This document shows positions 43,432 to 56,304 of a stretch of DNA of 64,000 nucleotides, piece after piece; the first letter of the stretch is position 1, and the number at the start of each line of letters is the position of its first letter. Location: the NCBI RefSeq assembly GCF_009914755.1, contig NC_060928.1; one strand, written 5' to 3'. Both the position numbers and the translations under genes were made by a program. Source of the DNA: the human T2T-CHM13v2.0 reference genome, Homo sapiens. The notes below the pieces were generated by a model. It worked only from the letters and a program-made list of their open reading frames with translations. It was not told the origin of the DNA and made no database searches.

Positions 43432-43477
43432 CAACACAGATGGTGACAACACAGATGGTGACAACACAGATGGTGAC
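43432..43477. repeat. Perfect 15-bp tandem repeat x3 (caacacagatggtga)
   Basis: Read directly. Confidence 0.97.
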
Positions 43478-45342
43478 TAGACACTTGGTTTAAAGAAGAT
43501 ATAAAAGTGAATGCTTCCCAGTAATCATTGTTTATAAACATATTTATGAATCTGTGACTATGGGATCTATTAATTGTACACATATTTTATACATATATAG
43601 TTATTCTCATCATGGCCGCTGAAAATGCTTCTAATTATACGATTTCTTTCTGCCTCCGATTGTTTCTTATTTTTATAAATGATGTTTATATCTTCCATGC
43701 TGACCCCATGAAAGATAATAATGTTAAAACTGTATTCCCAGGAGCCCCGGGGAAGAAGTGAAAAAGATGCGAGTGATTGGCTGCTATTAATATTATCCTA
43801 GTTTACAAAGTAATAGGTCCATCAGTCTCCTTTCAACCAAGGTAGTCATTTTGAATTGATTTCATATATTAGACTTCCAGGTAACATTCCATTTGAAGAA
43901 AAGATTTCACTACTAATTTAGAGGATAAGTGAATTCACTCATTACTAGAGATGGCCTGGCCAGTTCACCATAGGTAAACAAGATATTATTGCAGTGAAAA
44001 GGTCCCTTACAAGCAACCTCCCCCTGAGTATTTCCCTTTGTAAACAATGCTGCCTACAATTTCTACTTCTAGTCCCATCTTTTTAAAGGCATTGAAAACA
44101 TTAGTTTTAGGGCAGCTATAACAGAGTGGACCAGAGAACACATTAAACCATCCATTAACACCTCCATACGAATAAGTTTATCTATTAGCTCTTGGGACCT
44201 CGAGAGGCCTGGAGAAAATCTAGTAAGTTTTGGTGGATCAGGGGGTAAAAAAAAAAAATGCTCCCTGGGTTGTCACTTTAGGGAACTGTAAAGTACTCTG
44301 AAGCTCAGGGCAGTGGAGGGGTGAAGAAAAGGAATGCAACCCTGAGCAGTAGAGGGCAGTGATAGGAAACCCAGGCTCTGACAGTTGAGGCTTGCCACCA
44401 AGAGAGTGGAGGGCTGATCCCTAGTAAAGGGGAAGGCTCTCCTCCACCCCTTCCCTTGGTCAGCCAAGCTTCTACTTCCAGATCAACATAGATTTTTCTT
44501 CTCTGTTGTAAGTATTTTATTTTTCTGATCCTTTCAACTATCTTTTCATTTTAACTGAATCTTACTCTAAAAGCCTTCTGTTGTCACCAACACCAATAAT
44601 AATTTCTAAAATATTCAACCCGAGTTCTGTTTTATAAAATATTATAATCTGCCCCAAATCCATGCAAGAAAGTTTTCAAAGGTCTGCACAAAATTTGTTA
44701 TACACATTGATGTTTAGTGCCTCTATTTTTGCATAGAAAATTATTGATAAATGATCATCTAAGGTGCTAAAGTGAAATGTGCCATAATTTCTCAAATTAT
44801 ATTCTCCCTGCAGCAAGATGTGGGCAGAGCATTTATTTAACTTTTGCAATTTTTTAAATGAAATGAGAAAAAATCCTACTGTGGCTAGTTTTTACATTAT
44901 ATTAACGTGAGAAGTAAACTGGAGTCATAGCTGTGACTCGCTATGTGTGAATTATTAGTCCACATTTCCAGGCCTACACTAGAGGAAGTTTCCTTTAAAC
45001 ATACCTCTGTACAAATGGTAATTTTGTGCTTCTGAATGGAGAGTGATTCCTGGTTAATTCTGAAGCCAAGTTTATGAGCAGCTTAACTTTACAAAAGAAA
45101 AAGGAAGCAGAAACACTGGATTTTACAAGTAAAGTTTCAGTAAACGTCAGCTTCGGATGACAGTGGGAACTAAAGGACATGGGACAGAGACAATGAAACG
45201 AAACCAGAACTCTACCTACTGTTTTCTTACCAATTGTCCCTGCATTTATATATGAAATTTTCAGAAGCGCATGGTAATCTTGCCATCTAATCCTCTACAG
45301 TTGACAAAGTGCTTTCATACGCATTTTCTCCCTTTTCTGCAG

Positions 45343-45568
45343 GCTATGATCCCTGAACACTCTCAGCCTTGTCAGAGAGACCTCCAGGATGCTACTTGAG
45401 GCTGAAGAGTAGCGTTCTGGGTCCCCAGCTCAGTAGGCACCACCTCTCAGGGAAGTGACCACCACTACGCTCTCAGCTCCGCAAGTCGCTGGACAGTCAA
45501 TAGCGCTCACACGGTGTCTACCGGATCTGGCACGGTCAAGACACAGGAACAGCCGTACTTTCCTGCGG
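45343..45568 (+). other. Candidate plus-strand non-coding exon (226 nt)
   Basis: Acceptor ttttctcccttttctgcAG| and donor CGG|GTAAGA. Confidence 0.4.
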
Positions 45569-45860
45569 GTAAGAGGCTTTTCTTTTGTGCATCACGTGCA
45601 GAAGAAGCCACTCCGAAGTGCAAACACCTTTCTAAAGTTTTCAGTGCTTCCTAAAATGCAGACATCGACGCCTTGCTGAGTTATCCGATCCTTTGATGAT
45701 CAAATAAAATTAAGGCCAGCTCCCTGCTGTTTGATCTGTGGCTCAGTTTCTCTAAGGGCTGCCGCGGGTTCCGCAAAGACTCACTCCAGAATCCCCAGCT
45801 CCCTCGCGTCAGCGAATGTCCCGCTGGTCCAGGCAGCCTTTTCCTGCGCGGTTCTTCAGT
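45410..45860. promoter_or_regulatory. CpG-rich patch
   Basis: Local CpG enrichment in non-repeat DNA against an AT-rich, CpG-depleted background. Confidence 0.6.
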
Positions 45861-46889
45861 TCCTTTTTCTAAAGCTCTATTTATACAAATTACTTTTTTC
45901 TTCTTTTCATTAAGCAATCAGGATTTATTTTCTTTTCTCTCTGTATCAGCCATGGACACATTCACTGATGAAGAACCAATCAACGTTTTGTGTTCTTATT
46001 TATTTTTATTTCTGATGAGGCAGGTTCCAATCAAAGAGCAAAGTCAGAGAAAATAATCAAACAGCTCGCGGTGGCCGCTTTGCCTTTGTTTTTATTCTAG
46101 TTTTCTTTGGTGGGTCATTTTTAATTCTCTTCTTTGTTAAGGGGTAGTTAAATCTGTATCTTTGTGCTCAGCAAGAGTGGCCCGTGTAGTTAAGAAGGCC
46201 CAGAGAGCTTCCTTGCCCCAGTGTTCAATGGGCAGCTTCCCTTCTCACTGAGGAGGAGACTTTCAGTGGAGAAAGAGAAATGGAAAAACTTTCCAGCAAA
46301 ATCAGTCAATGCATGGAGAAACCTGCCTTTCAGGAGCTGCTAATTCTTTCCCAGGCAACTCCTACTCCCCTAGAGAGGAGGAGGAGAATGAGACCTCAGG
46401 TAAGTAAAAGATCCAAGCTCAGTGCTGATGGAGTGAGAAAAATCCCTCTCTCAGTGAGGGACAGAACCTGCTTTTTGTCTTGAAGTCGGCATTGTGTTAC
46501 TGAAGATGTGGGGGCCAAGATTATTTTCAGGACACTAAAAATCTGAAATTGTTGACTTCATAGGTTGAACAATGACCAACACCAGTTGAGAATGGCCTGG
46601 AGTACCCTTCATCTTACCCCCCACCCCAGCAATGAAAATAGCCTCTGTGAGCACAAAGGTGTGGAGAGTGCTATCTGCTATTAAGCACATCAATTACATT
46701 GTGGAAAGGCTATGACTTAAACTACACATAATGAAGATACTTCTTAGGTGACACAGAGAAAAGTTTTGACCAGATGATTGGCGTTGTTCCTTACGTTTCT
46801 GTTAAAAATCACATCCTCTCAGCTCCCAGCCCAAAGTGAGTCCTAATGTTAACCTGAGACTCCTTCTAGAGTGGAAGCTCTAGGAAAGG

Positions 46890-46892
<3 letters not shown>

Positions 46893-46936
<44 letters not shown>
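46893..46936. repeat. (TG)22 microsatellite
   Basis: Read directly; followed by a 20-bp direct repeat (46945-46964 and 46971-46990). Confidence 0.97.
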
Positions 46937-46940
<4 letters not shown>

Positions 46941-47499
46941 CGCACATGTGTGTCTTTAAACTGTTGTGTGCATGTGTGTCTTTAAACTGTGTCCCCAGTG
47001 TCTAAAACAGTAGGCATCAAGTAAATATTTGTGAATTGAATGACAGAACATTAGAAGCAACACTACCATCCCCACTGCACCCCACCCACCCACCCCGGTG
47101 AAAAATGGAATTTCCCAGCCAAGATTAGTGAAAGAAGGAAAAGACAGGGGTTAAAGTGCTCTTTGCCAGAGTTTTGGGAAGAATTGGCCACCTGGTAAAA
47201 TAAGTACTGACCCAACGACATCTTCGCCTACTCTTTATAATAAAGGGAAGTAAAATCACAGGTAAATAAGATGGGGGCGTTGCCGCAGAGAGTGCTTCTG
47301 AGGGTCCTTCTCTGGGATCTTGGAAAGAAGATATCCTGGAACAGGGGGCTCAGTTGGAAGGTGGCATACACATTAGCTTTCTAAAATTAAATCTATAAAC
47401 ACAAAACTGCAGAACTTTCAAACTACTGTGTAAGTAAAGGAAGTCTCTCCACTGAAAGCTCAGCTGGCTGTTAAGTGGGTTTTAGAAACAGCTCTAGTA

Positions 47500-48680
47500 A
47501 GCGAACCTATCTGCGATTTTCGGGTTTCCATTCCTATTCGACTTCCCTCCTCTGGGTCCTTACCGAAAGGGAAGGTCCCAAAGGACCACCAGCGCGCTCT
47601 CGGAGGCTCCAGGACTAGACATTGGACTCCCACAGCGCAACACCATAGGGACTCCGGTGTTCGGTTCCCGTGGCCCTCTCCTTGGCTCCCGGTCACCGTC
47701 CTCACACCCCCTGGCCCCAGTTACTGACGGAAGCCATGTGCAGCTGCCATAATGTGTATAAAAGAATCTCTCCCTGGCGTTGGTTTCTTCTCTTCTTGGA
47801 ATGCTTTTGGCAGATCCTCCGCGTTTTCCGGGTCTCTTGGGAGTCTGAACATGCATTTTCCTTTATTTCAGACAGGATTCCGAGTGTTAACTAGATTGTG
47901 CCCTCCCCACTACCTATCCTGCCTATCTTCCTTCTCAGCCGTCGGGTGCGGGAGGAACGCCCTTGCCAACCTCAGCCTTTTTGATCTTCCGCGGGCAGAG
48001 ACTCATCAGAGCCAGGAGGACTGTAACTACCCCCGGGGCGTGTACCGCCGAAGCCTGAAGAGGCTGGTTGGGCCAAAATAGCAGTCGCTGCAGGCACCAG
48101 TTTCAGCCCGTCACCTGAGTGCCGGTTCCTGTGGGCGCGCCAGTCTCGCAGGCAGCGCGCCCAAGCTCGCGGATCTCCCTCTCACATTTTTAGAAGCCAA
48201 GAAAAGCACTTTTGAAATTCACTCCTTCGACCGTGGGCAGAGGAGCAGGTGGGCGCCGAGCCCTAGCTGAGGGTGGGGGGTCGCGGAGGAGAGGAACTGG
48301 AAAATGGGAAATAGGTGTCTGCTGACCTAGAGTTCTTCGGCTTTGATTTTAAGCGGCAGTGAGGCTGGGTGGTTTCGCCCCCCTCATCCCCTCGGTCGCT
48401 GGCGCAGATTGATCCTGGAGCTAGTTACGGGTGTTAAACTGGTACGCGGGTGGGGCAATTCATTAGGCAAGAAATGGATTAGTTGTTTATTATCTATAAA
48501 CATTCCAACCACAGCAACCAATCATAAAACCGCGGAAGGGCCTGTAAAGTAAAGCAGCAGCGAAGCCTCCATGTGGGCAGCTCAGGCTTAGCGATTGTTC
48601 CCGGGTGATAAAGGGTCGATTAGGGAAGTAGAGCTAGGAAGGTGGGGGCGGGGGAGCGGGCGATAATTAAGCGAGTCGTC
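47500..48680. promoter_or_regulatory. CpG island (candidate promoter or enhancer)
   Basis: High GC and CpG density in unique DNA; TATAAAAG at 47757-47764; GC boxes near 48645-48660. Confidence 0.75.
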
Positions 48681-49059
48681 AGGAAATTGCTTTCTAGATG
48701 GGGATCATGATGCCTCTAACTTGAACGGGGCAGGAGAAATATTGGGGTGATTTGGAAGACGGTGATAAGGGAAAGCACAAAATAAGGATTGGAGGGCCGC
48801 AGTGAGGTCATTAGTGAAGCTGATGCCGGAGATAAAAGCTGTTGATTAAATGAGGGGAGCAATTTAGTCTTTGGTTTCTTGGTAAAATGCTTAGTCACTA
48901 ACCATGAAAGCGGCCTAATAATATTTTATGGGGGTGGGGAGGAGTTTAAAACTGGCATCTTTCTAGTAGCAGAAATTCACCTTTGAGTATGGCTTTTTAA
49001 AATTCCTCTTTGGAATAAAACGTTTTCTAATAAGAGTTAGTCTCAAAAAAAAGTTAATA

Positions 49060-49140
49060 TTAGGTTGGTGCAAAAGTAATTGCGGTTTCTGCCATTACTT
49101 TCAAATGACACAAACCGCATTTACTTTTGCACCAACTTAA
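49060..49140. mobile_element. Made1 (Hsmar1-derived mariner MITE), complete
   Basis: About 80-bp palindrome ttaggttggtgcaaaagtaattgcggt...accgcatttacttttgcaccaacttaa, flanked by TA on both sides. Confidence 0.96.
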
Positions 49141-50021
49141 TACTTTTTCTTTTTTAAGTATAAAGCTTTTGTTTTTAACAAAATAACTATTTGGTTTCTT
49201 TGGGGTTTCGTAAAACAAACTTTAAACTCATTGCATATTTGACATTTTACTATATTAGAAAGTGATGAAATAATTATGCTGGTTTTCGAATAACTAATTC
49301 AAGTATACTGTTTTCACTTTGATTCAGAACCTATTACTCAGAAAACAAGTTAGTGGCAAAGTTCTTAATCGTTTAATAAATATATTGGTTTGGAAATTTA
49401 TTAGAACTAAGATGTAGAATATAGTAATATACACACGTTAGAGGTTTCCTTTCTCAAATTAAAAAAAAAAATGGTAATTTAAGTGTAACCGTCCAAAAAC
49501 GGGCATGAGGCATAAATAAAAAGTTTGATAAATTATTTTTTAAAACCTTCTTATGGAATTTCTTAGATCAAGATAAAGAGCGTTACCTGCATCCCAGAAA
49601 TTCCTCTCCTGCAAGATGTTTTTTAAAATCAATTTATTAGATTTTTGTTTTGGGGATGTTTATGTTTAAATAATTGCTCATCAAGTGCTTGGATTTCTTT
49701 TCAGGACCAGTATTGTAGATTTTCCTCCCTTGGGGACTACTTGCCTAAAAATAAAATGATTCGAGCATTTTGAAGAAGGAACAAAAACAGCCTCCACATC
49801 CTTTTTTTTTTTTTTTTTTTTTTCCTGCCTCTGGCAGCCCACACTCCTTCCCCCAGCTTTCTTTATTCCATATGAGAGACATAACAAACAAACGATTACA
49901 TGTTGAAAAACACATCTGAAAACAGAAAGGTCACGTTACTACCGAGTCCTGGGGAACATTAATCTGATGTTTGGAAAACAGTTGACAGTTGAAGGTTGGA
50001 GTTTCTCTTTTCAACTCCTGG

Positions 50022-50061
50022 ACAGAGAGAGAGAAAGAGAGACAGAGAGAGAGAGAGAGAG
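50022..50061. repeat. Imperfect (GA)n microsatellite
   Basis: Read directly. Confidence 0.9.
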
Positions 50062-50223
50062 TTGAATGAAAAAAAGAAGGGAAGAGACCACTTTGTGGCC
50101 TTTTCACTTCAGGAATAATTGAGGGACTGCCAAATTTCTAACCCAGATTTAAAAATGCAAACACATTCACAAAGAGGACTAACGATTTGAAATGGCTCAA
50201 GTTGGCATTGACTCTAAGTGAGA

Positions 50224-50226
<3 letters not shown>

Positions 50227-50255
<29 letters not shown>
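50227..50255. repeat. (GT)14 microsatellite
   Basis: Read directly. Confidence 0.95.
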
Positions 50256-50256
<1 letters not shown>

Positions 50257-50929
50257 GTCTTAAAATAATTAATGTGAATAGCGAAAAGTAATCACGATAA
50301 CATCAAGCCCTGCATGCCTGAGGGGAGAGTTTGCTGGACAAAAAACAGTCCCTTTACTAATAGCTTGTGAGAAGGTGAAAGTTGATTGCCTGACCACTCG
50401 TCTCTCTCCAGCGTTTCTCTAAGTCCGAGCCCCCATCTCTCCCAGTCCTCCCGGCTCAGCGAGGAATTCCTTTTCTTGACTTGTTTAAGTGCTGGTAACC
50501 CAGGGCTCAGTGGCTGAAGCAGCTGGGTGTCTAAAACCCCGATATCTGGCTGCCACTGGGGTTCCTCCTATGTGAATTGTGAGGTAGAATGAGGAAGAAG
50601 ATCTGAAGTACATTCCTGGGACTTTGGAAATTATCATATTGAAAATTGTACTAGTAAATTGCAAAGACAACAAATAATGAGTCCTTCTCTACAGGCATTC
50701 TCAGATCCTGGTATCTCTACAACACAGTGGATATTTGAGGCAGGACGATGGATGGGGCCAGGTGTGAGAGCGAGAATCAAGAAACCTAGGATCAAGGAGT
50801 TTTACCAGAGCTTTGTGTGACCTCGTGCAATGTCACTTTAACCTGGATAGCGTCAGGTTTCCTCACGCATAAAATAAGATCAGATGATGCCCTCTTGGAT
50901 TCTTTGACTGCAGGACAATCATTAGGCCA

Positions 50930-52790
50930 TAGTGAACAGATGCGCTTGGTTGCCAGACCGCGCCCTTTGCGGGTCTATCAAAAGGGCAAGCGCATATTCT
51001 GGAGCTGTCTCGGAGACTTGGACAGAAAGATTCGAGGCAAATATTCTAGGCTGGGAAATTTCGCGCCGAGCCCCCCCCTCAGTTAGCCTGTCTAAAGGCT
51101 GGTGTGGCCAGAGCGAGGCAGAGAGCTCTGCACCTACTGTCGGGGCTGACAATGATTTATGCGCTTGTGACCCACGTAGACCATAAACCTAGTTTGCTAG
51201 ACGTACAGGGAACTGCGCCGCAGTTAATGCAGAGGACTTATCCTCTGACCTGCAATGTCTCCCCACCTGGTGCTCTACAGCTCCAGAGAGCAGGGATTTC
51301 AGCTTTTCCTCCCTCATTGGATCCAATTTCAATCCCCTCGGTTAACTGAAAGTGTGTTGACTTCCACCCAGCCGGCAGGACCCTAAGGGCGCCTGGAGCA
51401 GTCTGGTGCGGGTCCTGGCTGCAGCATGCCCAGCAGAGCTCCGGGTGCAGGAGGCTGCAAAGCCACCGCCGCGTCCAGGCCCCTTGAGCGGAGGTGGGAA
51501 CGATCCGCCTTAGAGTTCAAGGTGAATTGCTGTGACAGTGGCGGGTGGAGGAGGGGAGTTCGAGCCGTTCGCCTCGGGGAAGAATTATCCCCGATCATTT
51601 ATTTTTAGATCTGAATTCCTCCAGAACCCAGCAGAGGCTGTGGCCAGAGCCCCAGGGCCAGGCAAGCGGCCAAGCTGCGCTCTCGATAAAGGAGCCAGAA
51701 TGGTTCCATCTGGTTACAAACATATCTTTTTATTAAAAAGCAATCAGATCCTGAAGCGCTTCCCTTGCGGTTTACCGCTCTCCGCAGGCTGCTTCTCCGA
51801 AGCCAGCGGTGGTAGCGCCCACTCGGTTGAGCCCACGCCTCCGCCAGGCAGCGCCTCCGCCAGGCAGACCTCCTGCGGGACATTTTGTGGCCAGGGGGGT
51901 TCCTGCCCAGGGACCTCTAATAGGGTCGGTGGAAGCTAATTTGAATCTTCCCAGTTCCTTCCCTGTTTATTTCTCAACCCAGCAGTTCAAAAATTCACTT
52001 TATAACGGTCCCCTAACAAAAACACGAGTAAGAAAGATAGCAAAGAATTAAGCTGGACAGGCACCCATGTTGCGAAAAAGGTTTTGCTTGGAGACTGCAG
52101 GAGAGGGCTATCCCTCTTTACAATTCACGACGTTACTACCAACTTTGCCATTGAGTGGTTCCTCTCCCTGCCCGAATTCCTGGCCATCTTCGTTCCAGAG
52201 AGCGATGCAATCATGGCCTTGAAACCGAACGGGGCGTAACGTGCCATTCCTCTCCAGCTCCGGAGCCCCACTCCCACCCTTGCCGTTGAAACTGTGAAAA
52301 AGCCGCCAAAGTTTGGGCACCCAGCCTGGCAGTCGGAAGACAGTGAGATAAAGAATGCGATAGTAAGTCCTTAAGTGCTTCCTAGAGATAAGGTCCCGGA
52401 ATCCTGGAAAAATTCAGTCTGGCCTCCCTACTTCAGCAAGTCGCCTCCTGCTTCTGTCAGCCCCCTCCCCACACACACCTGGAGGGAGAGGCGGTGGCCA
52501 CAGGGGTAGCTGGGGCAGACCCTCCGCTCCTCCACTCCCGGTGGCCAGGGGTCCTAAGGCCACGCGGCTGGCTTTCTTCTCTGGGAATCAGGAGATGATA
52601 ATGAGAAAATCCCTCAACCATTGGCGCGACGAAACTCAAAAATGGACAGCCCTCCCTTATTCATAAATATTACTTCAAATATGTTAAAGACGTTAAGTAA
52701 TTTTTAGTCTCTTTAGAATTTCCAACGCTATAGTTTATTATGACAGATAAGGTTTGATTTGTGCTAGTCGCGTGCCAGGACACTGAAGGT
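50930..52790. promoter_or_regulatory. CpG island / CpG-rich regulatory block
   Basis: Sustained CpG and GC enrichment in unique DNA, densest at about 51370-51930. Confidence 0.75.
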
Positions 52791-55006
52791 GAAAAGAAGG
52801 AAAACAAGAAAGAGTTTCTAAAAGAATACACGTAACATTTAAGATAACTACATACAAAGTGCTCACTTAATTTCTCTTAAAACAGTTACAATGAATAAAT
52901 TACATTTCCAACTTAATAAAATTTAATTCTCTTAGTCGTTTGTACAATTGATGGCCTTTGGTTATAAAATTTTACTTTTTGGAGAAATATTGCCCCTCTG
53001 TCAAATTATAGCACATGACAAATAATATAGCAAATAATAGGTTTGACTTTTAAACATACACAGTTATTTGAAACAAAATGTTTTTAACTTTCTGGCAGCA
53101 TAGGCAAAACAGTAAAAGCACAGTTATATTTTAGGAATTATCTTAATACATTCCCCTCTATGATATCAGAACTTACTCCTGATTGAACCAAGGAAGAACA
53201 GCTAACTCTTCGGATAAAACAATTTTTTCTCCTTCATTCCCAGGCATGGTTTGGAAAGCAATAAATGCATATTTGCAAGAAGTCATGAAAAATCAAGATT
53301 AAAAATACTGTATAATCTTCCTGGTAAAACATATATACATTTTATATCTGACCATATGAAACTGTCATCTATAAGTATTACATTTTAATGAAGCATAACT
53401 CCTCATGATATATTTATTTCATAACAAATGGCAAAGGTAATATTACTTATCTTCAAGTATTTTTTCTTTTAAAAGCTCCTCCCACCAAATGAGAGACCTC
53501 TATTTAAACAGCAACTTCTATTGAAATATATGATCTGAAGGAATTCGCTATTTGAAAGTCTTTTGACAGCTTTACAGATTATATCTGTTGAGTTTTTTCT
53601 CTCTCTCTTATTTCCACAATTTACATGTGTGAATATATGGGTAACCCTCACTAACTTTTCAACATCAGTCACGCACATTAGGTAGAAAAAATTAATTTTG
53701 AAACTATTCTTTGTTTTTAAAATGATATATGTCATTACTGTTAGGTGAGTAAGCTAAGTGTGTTTTTTTGGAAGGGGAAGGTAGGTTAATCACAATGATA
53801 GAGCAAATATAAATAGTATTATGTTGTTGGTGTTAAAAGGCAAAACCTCTTAGTCTGTGAAGATCACCTACTTACCTTCTCTCCATTAAAAAAAGAGTTG
53901 AACTTTTTGGCTCCCTGTATAATGTGTGTTCTCCATAGATTTTATACTAAATATTAATATTAAGATTATAGAGCTAACCTTTTTCTAATGTCAAAGAGCT
54001 TTTGAACAATACAGGCACAAGAGAGAAAAGACACCTACCTCATACATTCACATCCCAAATTTCCTATCTCCAATGCAACAGGAATAATCTTTTTATTCCA
54101 TTAAAATGGTCACTAACCTTATAATAATAAAGGCATGTTTTAATCTCTTACCTGAAGGAGTCTTATCAATGTAACAAGAACTGAAATTGTGACTGGTCCT
54201 TGTTGTCGTTTACAGTACAGAGATCTGTACTGTATTGCCTTTGTGGAGGGCTGAAGTAACAACATATGACTACTGCCTCCTGAGACCCTTATGAAAATAA
54301 GATATATAGCTGGTTCAAATAAATGTTTTAGGCCTTGACCCAGGAATATAATTGAGAAAAACAAATTATTTCACATACACTAAAACATAATTAAAATGTT
54401 ATTCTAAGCTTTGCTTTTGTGTGTTATGTTGTATGTGCATACTAATGTTATCCTCAATCATAAAGCTATGTAAGAAATGATTGTACTTTTAAAAATGTTA
54501 CGTAAACATCTTTTTTCCTAAAAGTGGCAAAAATTACCTTAGAAAGCAGTTACAGTGCAACTTTCACTTTTAAAGGTTTTCAAGATTGAATATTTTAATT
54601 CATAACATATTTCTCATTGTTAAAATTCTTTGGCTTCCTCATATCTGGCATTTAAAATTTTTCAGTTGTTTTGTAGACTATGTATGTAAGGTTGCATTTT
54701 TCACTGTCAACATAAAGTTATTGTTTGCTTTGGATTTAATATGTATTTGGATATGTATGCATATTTGTTTAAAACTATGAACTCTGGGGAGGGTTTTAAT
54801 TCTATGCAACATAAGTCAGTTTTATATAATGAATATATACAACTTCAGCTAATAAAAAGTAAGATTTTAATCTTGACAATATATTCCTAAAATGCATTAA
54901 GATATTGTCAATCTAAAATGAGCTTGATTTGAGAACAAAAAGAATAAGTTCTTTTAATGAACTAGTGGTATATTGTTATATGTATATATGTTTTGCTGAT
55001 TTTAGC

Positions 55007-55048
55007 AAGAAAATGGAAAATAATCCATAAGAAAATGGAAAATAATCC
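55007..55048. repeat. 20-bp direct repeat, 22-bp period
   Basis: aagaaaatggaaaataatcc twice. Confidence 0.9.
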
Positions 55049-55599
55049 TCCTGCAAAAGAAACCTGAAGTGGATTACCTAATAAATTGTTTTCAGCCTGA
55101 ATTTTAAGGTATCACGACATAGTCATGTTTGTTTTTTAAAATATCATTTTCAAAAATCAAAGACATTAATGGTATTCTCTATTTCAAAACTATGATCATT
55201 ATTCTGCTTTTTGCCACCAATATTTATGCTAGGAGAAACATGTTTAAGAGTCATCAACACCTTGGGCTCATTGACCATACGAATGAGTCACATGGTCAAA
55301 ATGAATAAAATGTTATTTAGAAAAAGGAAAAATATATATATATATTTATACATATGCATAGGTATTCTTTTTAAATGAATAAAAGGGCTTCATAATTTGG
55401 GACAGCAGAAAAAGGGAGTAGCAAGCATCACAGCCCAAAGCAAGAATGAAAGTAGCAATGGTGTCTAGACAAAGGAGCAAGGATATTTGCTTTTACAGTT
55501 AGTTTTATTTGGGATATCTTGGAAGAAAGAAGGGTAGGCTCTCAATGGCTAAATTAAATTATCTGGATGATTTGTCTACACAGAGCAATAATGACATCT

Positions 55600-55943
55600 C
55601 TTTTTGTTGTTGTTTGCTTTTGTTTTGTTTTTTGTTTGTTTGTTTGGAGACAGAGTCTCACTCTGTTGACCAGACTGGAGTTGCCCGGGCTGGAGTGCAG
55701 TGGCATGATCTCGGCTCACTGCAGCCTCCACTTCACGGATTCAAGAGATTCTCCTGCCTCAGCCTTCTGAGTAGCTGGGATTAAAGGTGCCCACCACCAC
55801 ACCAGCTAATTTTGGTGTTTCTAGTAGAGACAGGGGTTTCACCATTTTGGCCAGGCTGGTCTTGAACTCCTGACTTCAAGTGATCCGCCTGCCTTGGCCT
55901 CCCAAAATGCAGAGATTAGAGGCCTGAGCCACCGCGCCCGGCT
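55600..55943 (-). mobile_element. AluS-type SINE with 15-bp internal duplication and (TTTG)n tail
   Basis: Reverse dimer; ttgaccagactggag / ttgcccgggctggag at 55666-55695. Confidence 0.95.
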
Positions 55944-56271
55944 CCTCTTCCTGATGTGCTATGTAGATACATCTCTAACAGGAAACTATAGATCCCCCAG
56001 CATTTGCTTTTGAAATAATTCAAAACTTTCATTTCAGTTAGGAAACACATTTTGCCAACATCATATTGTCTATCTTTTCCATTACATTCCCCATAACAAT
56101 AGTTTTTAAATGAAGTATGCCTCAACTTAATGTTTATTATTAATGTAACAACTATTTGTTGACTGTTTACTACAATTCTCGGAGCACCAATGACTAAAAC
56201 AAACAAAATAACCTTCCCTTGGTAGAGTTGGGGAACTTTTCCGCAGAGCATGGAAATTAAGGGGAAAAATC

Positions 56272-56304
56272 CTGTAGGTTTCAGGTTATCCACTAGGTGG
56301 CAAG
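56272..56304 (+). promoter_or_regulatory. Candidate CTCF site
   Basis: Core CCACTAGGTGGC at 56290-56301 plus CTGTAG starting 18 bp upstream, resembling the upstream module. Confidence 0.5.

Noticed and set aside
43432-43477. CRISPR-like or other prokaryotic array
   Set aside because: Head-to-tail repeats without spacers, in clearly primate DNA.
47460-52639. Many overlapping 60-135 aa ORFs in the CpG islands
   Set aside because: Expected from stop-codon scarcity in GC-rich DNA; no homeobox or other domain recognised.
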